Below, one piece after another: positions 10,409-19,700 of a stretch of DNA of 64,000 nt. The stretch spans positions 50,847 to 114,846 of the forward strand of contig CAWCTR010000024.1 in the NCBI GenBank assembly GCA_963798485.1, written 5' to 3'. Numbering within the stretch: the stretch's first letter is position 1; each line of letters starts with the position of its first letter. Origin of the DNA: an uncultured delta proteobacterium (GTDB lineage Bacteria; Desulfobacterota; Desulfomonilia; UBA1062). The position numbers were made by a program, and so were the translations under genes. The notes beneath the pieces were generated by a model. It searched no databases. It was given only the letters and a program-made list of their open reading frames with translations, and was not told the origin of the DNA.

Positions 10409-12213
10409 GAATCTGTTGAAAAACCCCCAGCTGAACTTCGAGCAAGCAGCCGATATATTTTATCAGAAAATAGTTATTTAGCTATATTATCAAATGGTTA
10501 TGTGATATAAAGATGTTGTCTTCAAGGGAAGGATTCTACCACCTCATCCGATACCTGAGACGAAAGGACACCATGGCCAAGTATAAACCTTACACCTATG
10601 CACAGGACATGCTGATACCTGTTTCTCTCAAGGAACAGCTGATGCCGGGCAGCTTGGAGTATGCGATTCATACACTCGTGGATGAACGGATGGACGTGAG
10701 CCTGTTCGATGAGAAGTACAAGAACGACGACACAGGACGGCGAGCATACGACCCCCGGATACTGCTGAAGGTGGTTCTGCTCGGGTATTCCAGAGGGCTG
10801 ATATCATCGAGGAAGATAGAGCAGGCATGCAAGGAGAACGTGGTGTTCATGGCTTTGAGCTGTGGGCAGTATCCTGACCACAGCACGATCTCGACCTTCG
10901 TGAGCTCCATGAAGGATGAGATCCTTCCATTGTTTCGGGATGTGCTTTTGGTCTGCGAGGAGACGAACCTGCTTGGGGGGACGTTCTTCGCACTGGACGG
11001 GTGCAAGCTCAAATGCAATGCCTCACCGGAGTGGAGCAGGACGATATCTGAGTTGAGGGCGAAGCGGGAGAAGCTTGAAGAGAAGGTGAAGGAACTGTTG
11101 ACGGAGCAGGAGGAGGAAGACCGGAAGGACGATGATAAGAATCCCCCTGAAGATCGCTCCTATCCTGGAAGGCAGATCGAGAAGCTGAAGAAGCAGGCTG
11201 ACCGGATCGAGGCGTGGTTGAAGGAGAACGGGGAGCGGCTTGGGGTAAAGGGCCGGGAGATAAAGAGCAACCTGACGGACAACGAGTCATCGAAGATGGT
11301 CTCCTCCAATGGGACTATCCAGGGGTATAACGGACAGGCGCTGGTGGACTCAAAGAGACAGGTGATTGTTCATGCAGAGGCATTCGGAACTGGTGGTGAT
11401 CATGATCTTGTTCCTCCGATGCTGGATGGGGCTATGGAGAACCTGAATAAGATCGGCCTCTCCCGGGATTATTTTAAAGGTACAACGTTCACAGCAGACA
11501 GCGGTTACCACAGCAAGATGAATATACAGAAATGCATGGATGAGGAGATTGATGCGTACATACCGGACAAGAGGTTCCGCACACGGGATCCTCGTTTCAA
11601 TGGGAGGAAGGGCCGGTCGGTGAGAACACATTATGGACTGCAGGACTTCCGGTACGATGAAGAGAGCGATCAGTATGAGTGCCCTAATGGAAAGATGTTA
11701 AGCCTGAAGGAAAGAAATCATGTATCAACAGGGAATCTCTACCGGGTATATCGCCCGCAGGAGCATGACTGTATGGAGTGTGAGGTTAAGTGGAAATGCA
11801 TATACGGCAATGGCAGGGGTCCAAAAAACCTGATGGTTCCCATTGGACCGGATGGCAATAACCTCACCAAGGTCATGATAGAGAAGATCGAGAGTGAGAA
11901 AGGCCGCAGGATCTACCCTCAGAGAATGGCCATCGTGGAGCCGGTATTCGCCAATATCCGGACCCACAAACGCCTTGACCGGTTCACCTTGCGAGGCAAG
12001 ATCAAAGTGAACATTCAATGGCTGCTGTACTGCATGGTGCACAACATCGGAAAAATAGCGAATTATGGGTTCGCCTAAAGGGGAATGATATGAGATGCGA
12101 GAGAAGAATTCAGAGAATGATCCGATAAAACCTTATCACTGAACATCCAGATATCAACAACTTCAAAAAATCAGAGAATCCTTCAATACCCGAAACCCTT
12201 ATTCAACAGATTC
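10409..12213 (+). mobile_element. IS1182-family insertion sequence, complete
   Basis: Terminal inverted repeats GAATCTGTTGAA (10409-10420) and TTCAACAGATTC (12202-12213), extendable to 15 bp with 1 mismatch; flanked by CAA/CAA direct repeat; encloses the transposase. Confidence 0.9.
10573..12078 (+). CDS. IS1182 family DDE transposase
   Basis: GRRAYDPRILLKV, SSRKIE, PDHSTISTF, ALDGCK, ADSGY, VEPVFANI, RFTLRG; AAGGA RBS before ATG 10573. Confidence 0.95.
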   Translation: MAKYKPYTYAQDMLIPVSLKEQLMPGSLEYAIHTLVDERMDVSLFDEKYKNDDTGRRAYDPRILLKVVLLGYSRGLISSRKIEQACKENVVFMALSCGQYPDHSTISTFVSSMKDEILPLFRDVLLVCEETNLLGGTFFALDGCKLKCNASPEWSRTISELRAKREKLEEKVKELLTEQEEEDRKDDDKNPPEDRSYPGRQIEKLKKQADRIEAWLKENGERLGVKGREIKSNLTDNESSKMVSSNGTIQGYNGQALVDSKRQVIVHAEAFGTGGDHDLVPPMLDGAMENLNKIGLSRDYFKGTTFTADSGYHSKMNIQKCMDEEIDAYIPDKRFRTRDPRFNGRKGRSVRTHYGLQDFRYDEESDQYECPNGKMLSLKERNHVSTGNLYRVYRPQEHDCMECEVKWKCIYGNGRGPKNLMVPIGPDGNNLTKVMIEKIESEKGRRIYPQRMAIVEPVFANIRTHKRLDRFTLRGKIKVNIQWLLYCMVHNIGKIANYGFA

Positions 12214-12524
12214 CAATAAACTATATGGTTATCTTTTCGTGTTAATATCGTTGATACCGTGCCAGACATTCTGCTCTGGCTTGGAGTGATATTCTTTGTA
12301 TGTTTCGAACCAAAATCTCCAGTATTAGGACCTTTGGAAAGCGCCAAGTTAGCGCAGATATCTACAGTTCGAAGTTCAAGACTAACTTATATCTCTTGCT
12401 GTATGCCCCTATAGTATAAATCAAACATCATTGTAAGGATGTCTTTGTGATGGACATACGGTTATAAGAAGTTATTACATAAGTGAATTGCAAGCGAGTC
12501 ATGCGCATTATGGAGAGCACCAAT

Positions 12525-15284
12525 ATGAAAGATAAAACAAAACAGCAGCTCATCGCAGAGTTGGCCGAGGCACACCAAAAGATTACAGAAATGGAGAATA
12601 TTTCATCCAAATACAAAAAGGCTGAAGAAAAACTGAAGGAGATTGAAGCACGCTACCGTGCCCTGTTTGATACATCTCCCGATCCCATCGTCATGTACGA
12701 TCTTCAAGGCAACTACATCATGGTGAACAAACAGGCAGCCTCTGTTTATGGGGTAGAATCTCCAGAGATGTTCATGTCAAAGTTTAAAAACATCATGGAT
12801 ATCCTTGATGAAACCGGCCGCACTCAGGCGTTAATGAGGATTGATGATCTTTTAAAAGGCAGAGAAGTTCCATGGAATGAATATACATTTTTTATTAGGG
12901 ATGGGAATTATCTCATTGGAGAGGTCAATTCGTCTATTATTCTGGATCATAATGATAAACCTACAGCCATAATCAGCATTATACATGATATCACACAGCG
13001 TAGAATTTTAGAGGAAGCACTTAGACATAATGAGCAACAACTTCGACAAATCATTGATTTGGTTCCCCACATGATATTTGTAAAAGATTGGGATGGGAAA
13101 TATATCCTGGCAAATAAAGCTGTAGCAAATGGTTACAACAAGACCGTGAATGAACTTGTGGGAAAATATCATTCCGATTTCCACCAGGATGCAGGTGAAC
13201 TCCAACATATGTTACAAGATGACCGTGAAGTCATGACAAAGGGGGAGACCAAGTTCATTCCCGAGGAACCTTATACTGATGCCCAGGGGAATCAACGCTT
13301 CTTGCAGACCATAAAGGTTCCTTTTAATACTGTGGGGGAAAAACAGAAGGCAGTGCTCGGTGTTGCTTTAGACATCACCGAGCTTAAACGGTCTCAGTCG
13401 GAATTGCACCATAGTAACCTACTGCTGGAGCATGCCCAGGAGATTGCCAAGATAGGCTATTGGGAATTCAACCTGCAAAATAACTCCGTATGGGCATCTG
13501 CAGCGGCGCATCAGATTTATGGTATGAGTGCGCATGAGTGGACAATTGAGGAGGTTCAGAAGATCCCCTTGCCGGAGTATCGTCAAGCCTTGAATGAAAA
13601 GATGTTGGCCTTGGTCCAACGAGGGGAAAAATATGACATCGAGTTCAAGATAAGACGCTTAACCGATGGAGCAATAGTAGATATCCATTCAATAGCCGAA
13701 TACAAAGCATCCGAGTGCAAGATCTTCGGCATTATCCAGGACATCACAGAACGTAAGCGGGCGGAGAATGAGTTACGTGAAAGCGAGAACCGATATCGTC
13801 AATTAATAGAACAAGCTGCAGATGGTATTTTCGTAACTGATGCTGATGGGAGATTCCTTATAGTGAATTCGAAGGCCTGCGAGATGCTCGGATATACAAA
13901 GGATGAACTGCATCAGCATAATATACTCGACACATACCCTGATGAACTTAGAGACATTGGTCGGCAACGTCTTGATCATCTATATTCAGGTGAGAATCTG
14001 AGGTTTGAACGTCTTATGAAGCGGAAAAATGGTACTGTCTTTTTAGTAGAGGCGAGCGCATCAAAACTAGAGGATGGCAGGTTGCAAGCCATTATTCATG
14101 ATATCACTGATCGCAAGCAAGTCGAGGAAGAAAAGAGGAGGCTAGAAATTAGGCTCAACCAAGCGCAGAAAATGGAAGCCATAGGAACATTGGCAGGTGG
14201 CATTGCTCATGACTTCAATAATATTCTCTCTGCCATTATCGGGTATGCCGAGCTTGCGATGAATGATGTATCAGACCCTACGAAAGCAAGGAACGAGCTT
14301 CAGGGAGTACTTAAAGCAGGTGATCGTGCCAAAAGCCTGGTGAAACAGATCCTTACTTTCAGCCGTAAAGCCGAGACTAAGCATACACTAATAGCGCTCC
14401 AGGATATAATCGTTGAGTCAATCAAGATGATGCGGTCAATATTACCTTCAACAATAGAGATCCGCCAGAATCTTTTAAATTACGGACTAGTCATGGGCGA
14501 CACCACTCAGATTAATCAAGTAGTGATGAACCTCTGCACAAATGCTGCCCATGCCATGGATGAGACAGGAGGCGTGTTAGAAGTGAGCCTAAAAAGGGTG
14601 ACTCTCCAAGATGTGTCACGTGATCTTACTCTTCCTCCTGGGCCTTACTTGAACCTCTCCGTAAGCGATACTGGCCATGGCATGACCCCTGATATTATAG
14701 AACGGATCTTTGACCCCTATTACACCACCAAGGAATTGGGTCGTGGTACAGGCTTAGGCTTGTCGGTTGTTCATGGGATTGTGAATAATCATGGAGGCAC
14801 TATCATCTGTAAGAGTGCACCAGGGAAGGGGAGCACATTTAATGTATATCTTCCAGAGATTGAATCAGAGCATAAAGAAGAGAAACTATTTGAAGAGAAC
14901 CCTCTACCCACTGGAACCGAACGTATACTTTTCATTGATGATGAGGCTGCTCTGGTGGAAATAGCGGAAAAAATGCTCACTAACCTGGGATATAAAGTGG
15001 TCATTAGAACAAGCAGTACAGATGCCCTAAAGTTGTTCCAGGAAGATCCTAGCAGATTTGACTTAGTGATAACCGATATGACCATGCCAGGCATGACTGG
15101 GGATAAGTTGGCTCAAAATATCATAGCTGTTCGTCAAGATCTACCAATTATCCTTTGCACCGGATATAGTGAGCACATCTCTGAAGTGAAGGCAAAAGGA
15201 ATAGGAATTAAAGAATTCATGATGAAGCCCTTGGAAATGAGCGAGTTGGCAAAAACCATCCGAAAGGTGCTTGATGGTGGGTAA
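12525..15284 (+). CDS. Multi-PAS hybrid sensor histidine kinase/response regulator
   Basis: Four PAS/PAC repeats (DIT.R), H-box GIAHDFNN, NLCTNA, DTGHGM, GTGLGL, receiver FIDDE..ITDMTMPGM; GGAGAG RBS. Confidence 0.93.
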   Translation: MKDKTKQQLIAELAEAHQKITEMENISSKYKKAEEKLKEIEARYRALFDTSPDPIVMYDLQGNYIMVNKQAASVYGVESPEMFMSKFKNIMDILDETGRTQALMRIDDLLKGREVPWNEYTFFIRDGNYLIGEVNSSIILDHNDKPTAIISIIHDITQRRILEEALRHNEQQLRQIIDLVPHMIFVKDWDGKYILANKAVANGYNKTVNELVGKYHSDFHQDAGELQHMLQDDREVMTKGETKFIPEEPYTDAQGNQRFLQTIKVPFNTVGEKQKAVLGVALDITELKRSQSELHHSNLLLEHAQEIAKIGYWEFNLQNNSVWASAAAHQIYGMSAHEWTIEEVQKIPLPEYRQALNEKMLALVQRGEKYDIEFKIRRLTDGAIVDIHSIAEYKASECKIFGIIQDITERKRAENELRESENRYRQLIEQAADGIFVTDADGRFLIVNSKACEMLGYTKDELHQHNILDTYPDELRDIGRQRLDHLYSGENLRFERLMKRKNGTVFLVEASASKLEDGRLQAIIHDITDRKQVEEEKRRLEIRLNQAQKMEAIGTLAGGIAHDFNNILSAIIGYAELAMNDVSDPTKARNELQGVLKAGDRAKSLVKQILTFSRKAETKHTLIALQDIIVESIKMMRSILPSTIEIRQNLLNYGLVMGDTTQINQVVMNLCTNAAHAMDETGGVLEVSLKRVTLQDVSRDLTLPPGPYLNLSVSDTGHGMTPDIIERIFDPYYTTKELGRGTGLGLSVVHGIVNNHGGTIICKSAPGKGSTFNVYLPEIESEHKEEKLFEENPLPTGTERILFIDDEAALVEIAEKMLTNLGYKVVIRTSSTDALKLFQEDPSRFDLVITDMTMPGMTGDKLAQNIIAVRQDLPIILCTGYSEHISEVKAKGIGIKEFMMKPLEMSELAKTIRKVLDGG

Positions 15285-15288
15285 TTTT

Positions 15289-15600
15289 TTATATCAGAGC
15301 TTCAATCCCTTTGCGATCCAAGATGTTGAGCAGTTTAAGGGATGGTCCACTTGGATGTTTCTCGCCGATCTCCCATTTCTGAACTGTTGAAAGACTGGTA
15401 TTGAGCATAGATGCAAGTACTGCTTGGCTCAATCGGTAGCGATCCCGCAACTTACGTATCTGTTCAGCGTTATATTGGGGGACCGGTTCAATGCAAAGCG
15501 CATCATAGGACCGTAAAGACCTCTTGTCTATAAAACCAAGTGCATGGAGATCCTGAGCCGTTTCATGTACTGCTTCGAAAATTCTGCTTTTATGTTTCAT
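15289..15600 (-). CDS. HigA-like XRE helix-turn-helix antitoxin
   Basis: IRKLR....LSQAVLA..LNTS.STVQKWE.GEK.PSGPSLKLL; overlaps the upstream toxin gene. Confidence 0.88.
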   Translation of the reverse strand: MKHKSRIFEAVHETAQDLHALGFIDKRSLRSYDALCIEPVPQYNAEQIRKLRDRYRLSQAVLASMLNTSLSTVQKWEIGEKHPSGPSLKLLNILDRKGIEALI

Positions 15601-15967
15601 CGTGTACCTCCACCAGCGATCCTTGCCGGATTGCCTCAATCATCTGCTTGGTAGTCAATCGGAGCAAATCCGCGGCTAATGCTCGTAGTGCTTCCAGTTC
15701 CTTGCTCGTGATGTTGTCCCTTTCATTTTTCTCGAAGCCGAAAACAAAGAACCAACGGTCGTCCCGATTGGTCGCCAGTAAAGTTCTTGTACTGCCTCTC
15801 TTTCCTCTACCAGGAAGAGCAACCCTCTTTTTAATGATTCCGCCGCCCAGATCTGCATCAAACAACCCTTCTTGTATTTCTCGAATAGCTGAGATCAATA
15901 CTTTATCTCGTATTCCCGCCTTTGCAGCCCATCTTGAGAAATGCCTTGTTTTGCAATAGAAAACCAT
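15590..15967 (-). CDS. RelE/HigB-like type II toxin
   Basis: KTRHFSRWA, DADLGGG..KKRVA..GRGKRGS.R, FGFEKNERDNI; toxin-first gene order. Confidence 0.88.
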   Translation of the reverse strand: MVFYCKTRHFSRWAAKAGIRDKVLISAIREIQEGLFDADLGGGIIKKRVALPGRGKRGSTRTLLATNRDDRWFFVFGFEKNERDNITSKELEALRALAADLLRLTTKQMIEAIRQGSLVEVHDET

Positions 15968-16006
15968 TTGACATTTTTCTATATCACTTAGTGATATAGA
16001 AGTCAA
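15968..16006 (-). promoter_or_regulatory. Sigma70-type promoter with embedded perfect palindromic operator for the TA operon
   Basis: Minus strand TTGACT-17 nt-TATAGA; palindrome TTCTATATCACT-T-AGTGATATAGAA at 15977-16001. Confidence 0.75.
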
Positions 16007-16240
16007 GAGTGTTCAAACATGTTACATTGTATTGGCATATAATGATAAGTGCCCACATAATGTAACAGAATATTGGAGATGAAAAGAGCCCTGAAGAAAG
16101 GAGTGTGCCTATTTAGTGCCCACGACAAATAAACTTGACCCGATTCCACCCAACTTCTACCAATATGCCATTTCCGATAACTCTTTGAAATCCTTTACTG
16201 GTGTGCCTTTACGGGCATGTAATATCAATGGGTTATCGCT

Positions 16241-16294
16241 CTTAAAATCCCTCGGAACTTAGTTCTGTGCCGGTTCAAGTCCGGCCTCGGGCAC
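16241..16294 (+). other. 3' half of tRNA-Leu(TAA), putative attR of an integrated element
   Basis: CTTAAAATCCCTC (anticodon loop and 3' stem), long variable arm, T-arm GCCGG-TTCAAGT-CCGGC, acceptor 3' strand CTCGGGC-A; no 5' acceptor strand or D-arm upstream. Confidence 0.8.
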
Positions 16295-16344
16295 TCGTTT
16301 TAAAGCAATCCTAGCCCTTATTACACCAAAAAAGGAGTACAGAT

Positions 16345-16911
16345 ATGAAGGTTATCGGCTTCAACGGCAGTCCAAGGAAAGACGGCAACACCACCACGTT
16401 GATAGGCTATCTCTTACGGGAGATCGAGAAAGAGGGCATTGAAACGGAACTCGTACAGCTCTCGGCAAAGGCGATTCACGGGTGCATTGCCTGTTACAAG
16501 TGTTTCGAGAATAAGGACCGGCGGTGCGCCGTTAAGAACGATGCGGCGAACGAGTATATCGAAAAGATGACAACGGCTCAGGGTATCGTTTTGGGGTCTC
16601 CTTCCTATTTTCAGGACGTAACAGCGGAGATGAAGGCCTTGATCGACCGGGCGGGCTTCGTCGGATTGGCAAATGGGAGGATGTACAAGAACAAAGTTGG
16701 GGCTTCCCTATCCTGTTTTCGTCGCAGCGGAGGGATGCATACCATAGAAACCATGAACCATTTCTTCTTCAGCAACGAGCTTATCATCGCCGGTCGGGCA
16801 ATGAGCGTTGCCAGAGATAAGGGAGAGGTGGAAAAAGATGAGGAAGGCGTCCAGGTCGCGCAGACCTTGGGGCAAAAGATCGCCTGGATGGTGAAGAAGC
16901 TCAACGGTTGA
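16345..16911 (+). CDS. Iron-sulfur flavoprotein / NADPH-dependent FMN reductase (flavodoxin-like)
   Basis: NGSPRKDGNT, C..C..C.....C cluster, GSPSYF, MKALIDR. Confidence 0.88.
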   Translation: MKVIGFNGSPRKDGNTTTLIGYLLREIEKEGIETELVQLSAKAIHGCIACYKCFENKDRRCAVKNDAANEYIEKMTTAQGIVLGSPSYFQDVTAEMKALIDRAGFVGLANGRMYKNKVGASLSCFRRSGGMHTIETMNHFFFSNELIIAGRAMSVARDKGEVEKDEEGVQVAQTLGQKIAWMVKKLNG

Positions 16912-16917
16912 AACCGG

Positions 16918-17706
16918 TTAACGCATCAAGGGAACCACGATAATAAGTGCCCCCAATGCAAACCTGTACCAGACAAAGGGCAGAAAATCCTTTGTACTAA
17001 TGTAGCGAAGTAAAAACCCGATACTCGCAATGCCGGTAACAAAAGAGACCAGCATCCCCGCGATAAAGTTCATGGTGATTACCGAAGGGTTTGAAATCAT
17101 GTATGGCAGCTTTACCAGGGCTGCGCCGAAGATGATGGGCGTGGACAACAAGAATGAAAATCTGGCTGCACCCTTTCTGGTCAACCCTGTCATCAGCCCT
17201 GTGGTCATAGTAACACCCGACCGGGATACCCCTGGGATGATGGCCAGGGCTTGAGATATGCCGATTAACAAACCGGCCCCCAATGTAATGTTGCTCTCTT
17301 CGATTCTCTTCGCACCTTTCCGGTCTGCCCAGCAGAGAATAATACCCATGATAATAAGCATGCAGGCAATCAGGAGAGGTTCCCTGAATACGGTTTCCGC
17401 CTTTTCCTCCAACAAAAAGCCTACAACAGCCCCTGGTATGCTGGCCAGGACCAGATACCAGAACAAACGGCCTTCCCTGCTCTTGGCATTGCTGAATCCA
17501 TGAATGAGCAATTGCAGCCAGTCTTTCCAAAAATAGATAAGCACCGCAACCAGTGTGCCTATATGCAGGGCGATGTCGAAGGTGAGCCCCGGGTCTGTCC
17601 AGTTGAAAAGCCAGGGGACCAAAACCAGATGAGCGGAGCTGGAAATGGGCAGGAACTCTCCCAACCCTTGCACCAACCCCAATACTATTGCCTGTAATAG
17701 TGTCAA
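16918..17706 (-). CDS. uppP: Undecaprenyl-diphosphate phosphatase (BacA)
   Basis: LGLVQGLGEFLPISSSAHL, PGVSRSG.T, AARFSFLL. Confidence 0.95.
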   Translation of the reverse strand: MTLLQAIVLGLVQGLGEFLPISSSAHLVLVPWLFNWTDPGLTFDIALHIGTLVAVLIYFWKDWLQLLIHGFSNAKSREGRLFWYLVLASIPGAVVGFLLEEKAETVFREPLLIACMLIIMGIILCWADRKGAKRIEESNITLGAGLLIGISQALAIIPGVSRSGVTMTTGLMTGLTRKGAARFSFLLSTPIIFGAALVKLPYMISNPSVITMNFIAGMLVSFVTGIASIGFLLRYISTKDFLPFVWYRFALGALIIVVPLMR

Positions 17707-17913
17707 ATTCTATCTCCTCAATCAGAAATGATTAAACGGTGAAGTATGTTCAAACACCCTATAAGCATGCTACTATGTTCACAGCACTTACATCTGTGCA
17801 ACACTCCTATACTTGGGTATGGCAAAATGTTCAATTATCATAATCATACTGATGGAGACCATTATGGCAGGGCAGCTCAAACCATCCTGCATTAAGAAGG
17901 GAGAGGTGCCATA

Positions 17914-18142
17914 ATGCACTATAAAGTTGATTTTAATTCAATGCCCTGGGAATCACCCATGGACGGCATGAGGCAGAAGATCCAAACATTCGGTAGCCGG
18001 CAGGTCAGGCTGGTGGAGTATGCAAAGGACTTTGTTCCTCACTGGTGCGAAAAAGGGCATACCGGCTATGTCCTTAAAAGGGCAGATGAAAATACGGTTC
18101 GATCATGAGACCCAGCTCTATTACCCGGGAGACTGCAAGTGA
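17914..18142 (+). pseudogene. Cupin-domain protein remnant (frameshifted and truncated)
   Basis: VRLVEY....PHWCEKGH.GYVL; removing one A at ~18078 continues as KGQMKIRFDHETQLYYPGD, then a premature stop. Confidence 0.6.
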
Positions 18143-18253
18143 AGGATTATCCCTGCGCGATTGAACATACTATCTCAAAAGCCACCATCTAAGCTGAGGG
18201 TTGACACCCGGGTTAAAGCAGACTATCAGAGGAAAAAACTGCGGAGGTTAGCC

Positions 18254-18697
18254 ATGATATCTACGATGAGAAACCGCATCCTTGCAACGTTTATAACCGC
18301 TTACATGATATTTTTTGTTACTTCACCGGCATTTGCCGCCCTGATCCCCTCTATGGGTTCTTCACCACATACAGCGGGCGATTCTGTCCAAAAAGATATC
18401 AACACCATTCAACAGGCCCTGGAGACCAAGATGGTACAGGAGAAGCTGAAGGCCTATGGCCTCACATCCCAGGAGGTCGCAGCCAAACTCCCCGCCCTTA
18501 CCCCGGACCAGATTCATACACTTGCCGCAGCATCCAATGACGTACTGGCAGGAGGAGATGGATTGGGAGTCATAATCGCCGTGCTCGTAATCATCATCCT
18601 CGTCATCATAATCATGAAGCTTTTGCACCATGACATTATCGTCAGAATGAGCAGCCTTGACAACTATACTCCTGCTGATTACGCTTATCTCAGCTGA
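18254..18697 (+). CDS. PA2779 family protein
   Basis: Signal peptide (..PAFA), VQEKLKAYGL...EV..KL..LT.DQI..LA, then AGGD and a hydrophobic tail; GGAGG RBS. Confidence 0.75.
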   Translation: MISTMRNRILATFITAYMIFFVTSPAFAALIPSMGSSPHTAGDSVQKDINTIQQALETKMVQEKLKAYGLTSQEVAAKLPALTPDQIHTLAAASNDVLAGGDGLGVIIAVLVIIILVIIIMKLLHHDIIVRMSSLDNYTPADYAYLS

Positions 18698-19145
18698 TCC
18701 GGGATCATTCGAGATACAAGGCGTCCCTTTCGTGAAGCAGGATTCGCACTTCTGCGGTCCTGCTTCACTTGCTTGCGTGTTTGCCTATTACGGACTCGCC
18801 ATAGACCAAGGTGCTATCGCCAAGGTTGTTTATACTGAAAAGCTCAAGGGCGCGCTCATTACTGATCTACAGAATTTTGCCCAAGGCCAGGGCTTTCAGA
18901 CTCGCCTCAACCAGGGTACTATGGATGATATCAAGGCCTCTCTGAAAGAGAGAACGCCTGTAATTGTGCTCGTGGATCTCGGCTTCTGGGTCTTCTCACA
19001 GCCGCACTATCTGGTGGTTACGGGTTTCAACGATAAGGGCTTCATTGCACATACGGGCTATGAGGCATCCAAACCTTTTGGATATGCCGAATTCGAAAAG
19101 ATATGGAAGAAAAAAGGCTCTGTTTACTTACTCGTCTGGCGCTGA
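18657..19145 (+). CDS. C39-like cysteine peptidase (PA2778 family-like)
   Basis: VPFVKQ...CGPASLA, PVIVLVDLG, PHYLVVTG. Confidence 0.8.
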   Translation: MTTILLLITLISADPGSFEIQGVPFVKQDSHFCGPASLACVFAYYGLAIDQGAIAKVVYTEKLKGALITDLQNFAQGQGFQTRLNQGTMDDIKASLKERTPVIVLVDLGFWVFSQPHYLVVTGFNDKGFIAHTGYEASKPFGYAEFEKIWKKKGSVYLLVWR

Positions 19146-19564
19146 TGCCTGCTGTCATTGTTCTTGTATTAACGGCCTGCTCCATGCCAAGAATCGTGGT
19201 CATGAACGACCCCCTGAGCGCAAAGGAGCATATTGATCTCGGTTTGGCCTATGAGCACAAGGGCATGCTCGACCTTGCAGAGAAAGAGTACCTGAAGGCT
19301 GCTGATAAACAGGATACCTGGGCAGTGCCTTACTTCAACCTCGGCAACATCGCTTACCGGGAAAAGGACCTGAAGGCTGCTGAAAAGTATTACCGTAAGG
19401 CCCTGGAATTGGATAAACAAAACCCGGACATCATGAACAACCTTGCAAACCTCCTGCATGATATGGGCCGCAACGAAGAGGCCATGGCGCTCATCGACAA
19501 GGCCCTGGTTATCCAGCATAAGGCCGAATACCTAGACACAAAACAGAAGATTACAGGGCCGTAG
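19145..19564 (+). CDS. Tetratricopeptide-repeat lipoprotein
   Basis: Lipobox LTAC; TPR motifs LGLAYE..G, YFNLGN, NNLANLL; TGATG overlap with the peptidase stop. Confidence 0.85.
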   Translation: MPAVIVLVLTACSMPRIVVMNDPLSAKEHIDLGLAYEHKGMLDLAEKEYLKAADKQDTWAVPYFNLGNIAYREKDLKAAEKYYRKALELDKQNPDIMNNLANLLHDMGRNEEAMALIDKALVIQHKAEYLDTKQKITGP

Positions 19565-19585
19565 GGGCAGCCCTTGTGGCTGCCC
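19561..19585 (+). repeat. GTAG-family REP hairpin; supplies the TPR gene stop codon and is followed by a T-run
   Basis: GTAG-GGGCAGCC-CTTGT-GGCTGCCC-TTTT. Confidence 0.8.
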
Positions 19586-19700
19586 TTTTGACCGTCTCTG
19601 CTGCTATGTATACTATTGTGGAATATTGCCGGCATAATTATAATCTCTCAAGGTAATTGCAGAACAACCATTAGACTGTTACACACAATCGAGAATATGT

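Noticed and set aside
10279-12386. Minus-strand frame of about 100 codons that stays open across the IS if the element is removed
   Set aside because: No convincing start or RBS and no recognisable family; could be chance.
16200-16300. Intact tRNA-Leu gene
   Set aside because: No 5' acceptor strand or D-arm, and CCA is not completed; treated as an att-site duplication.
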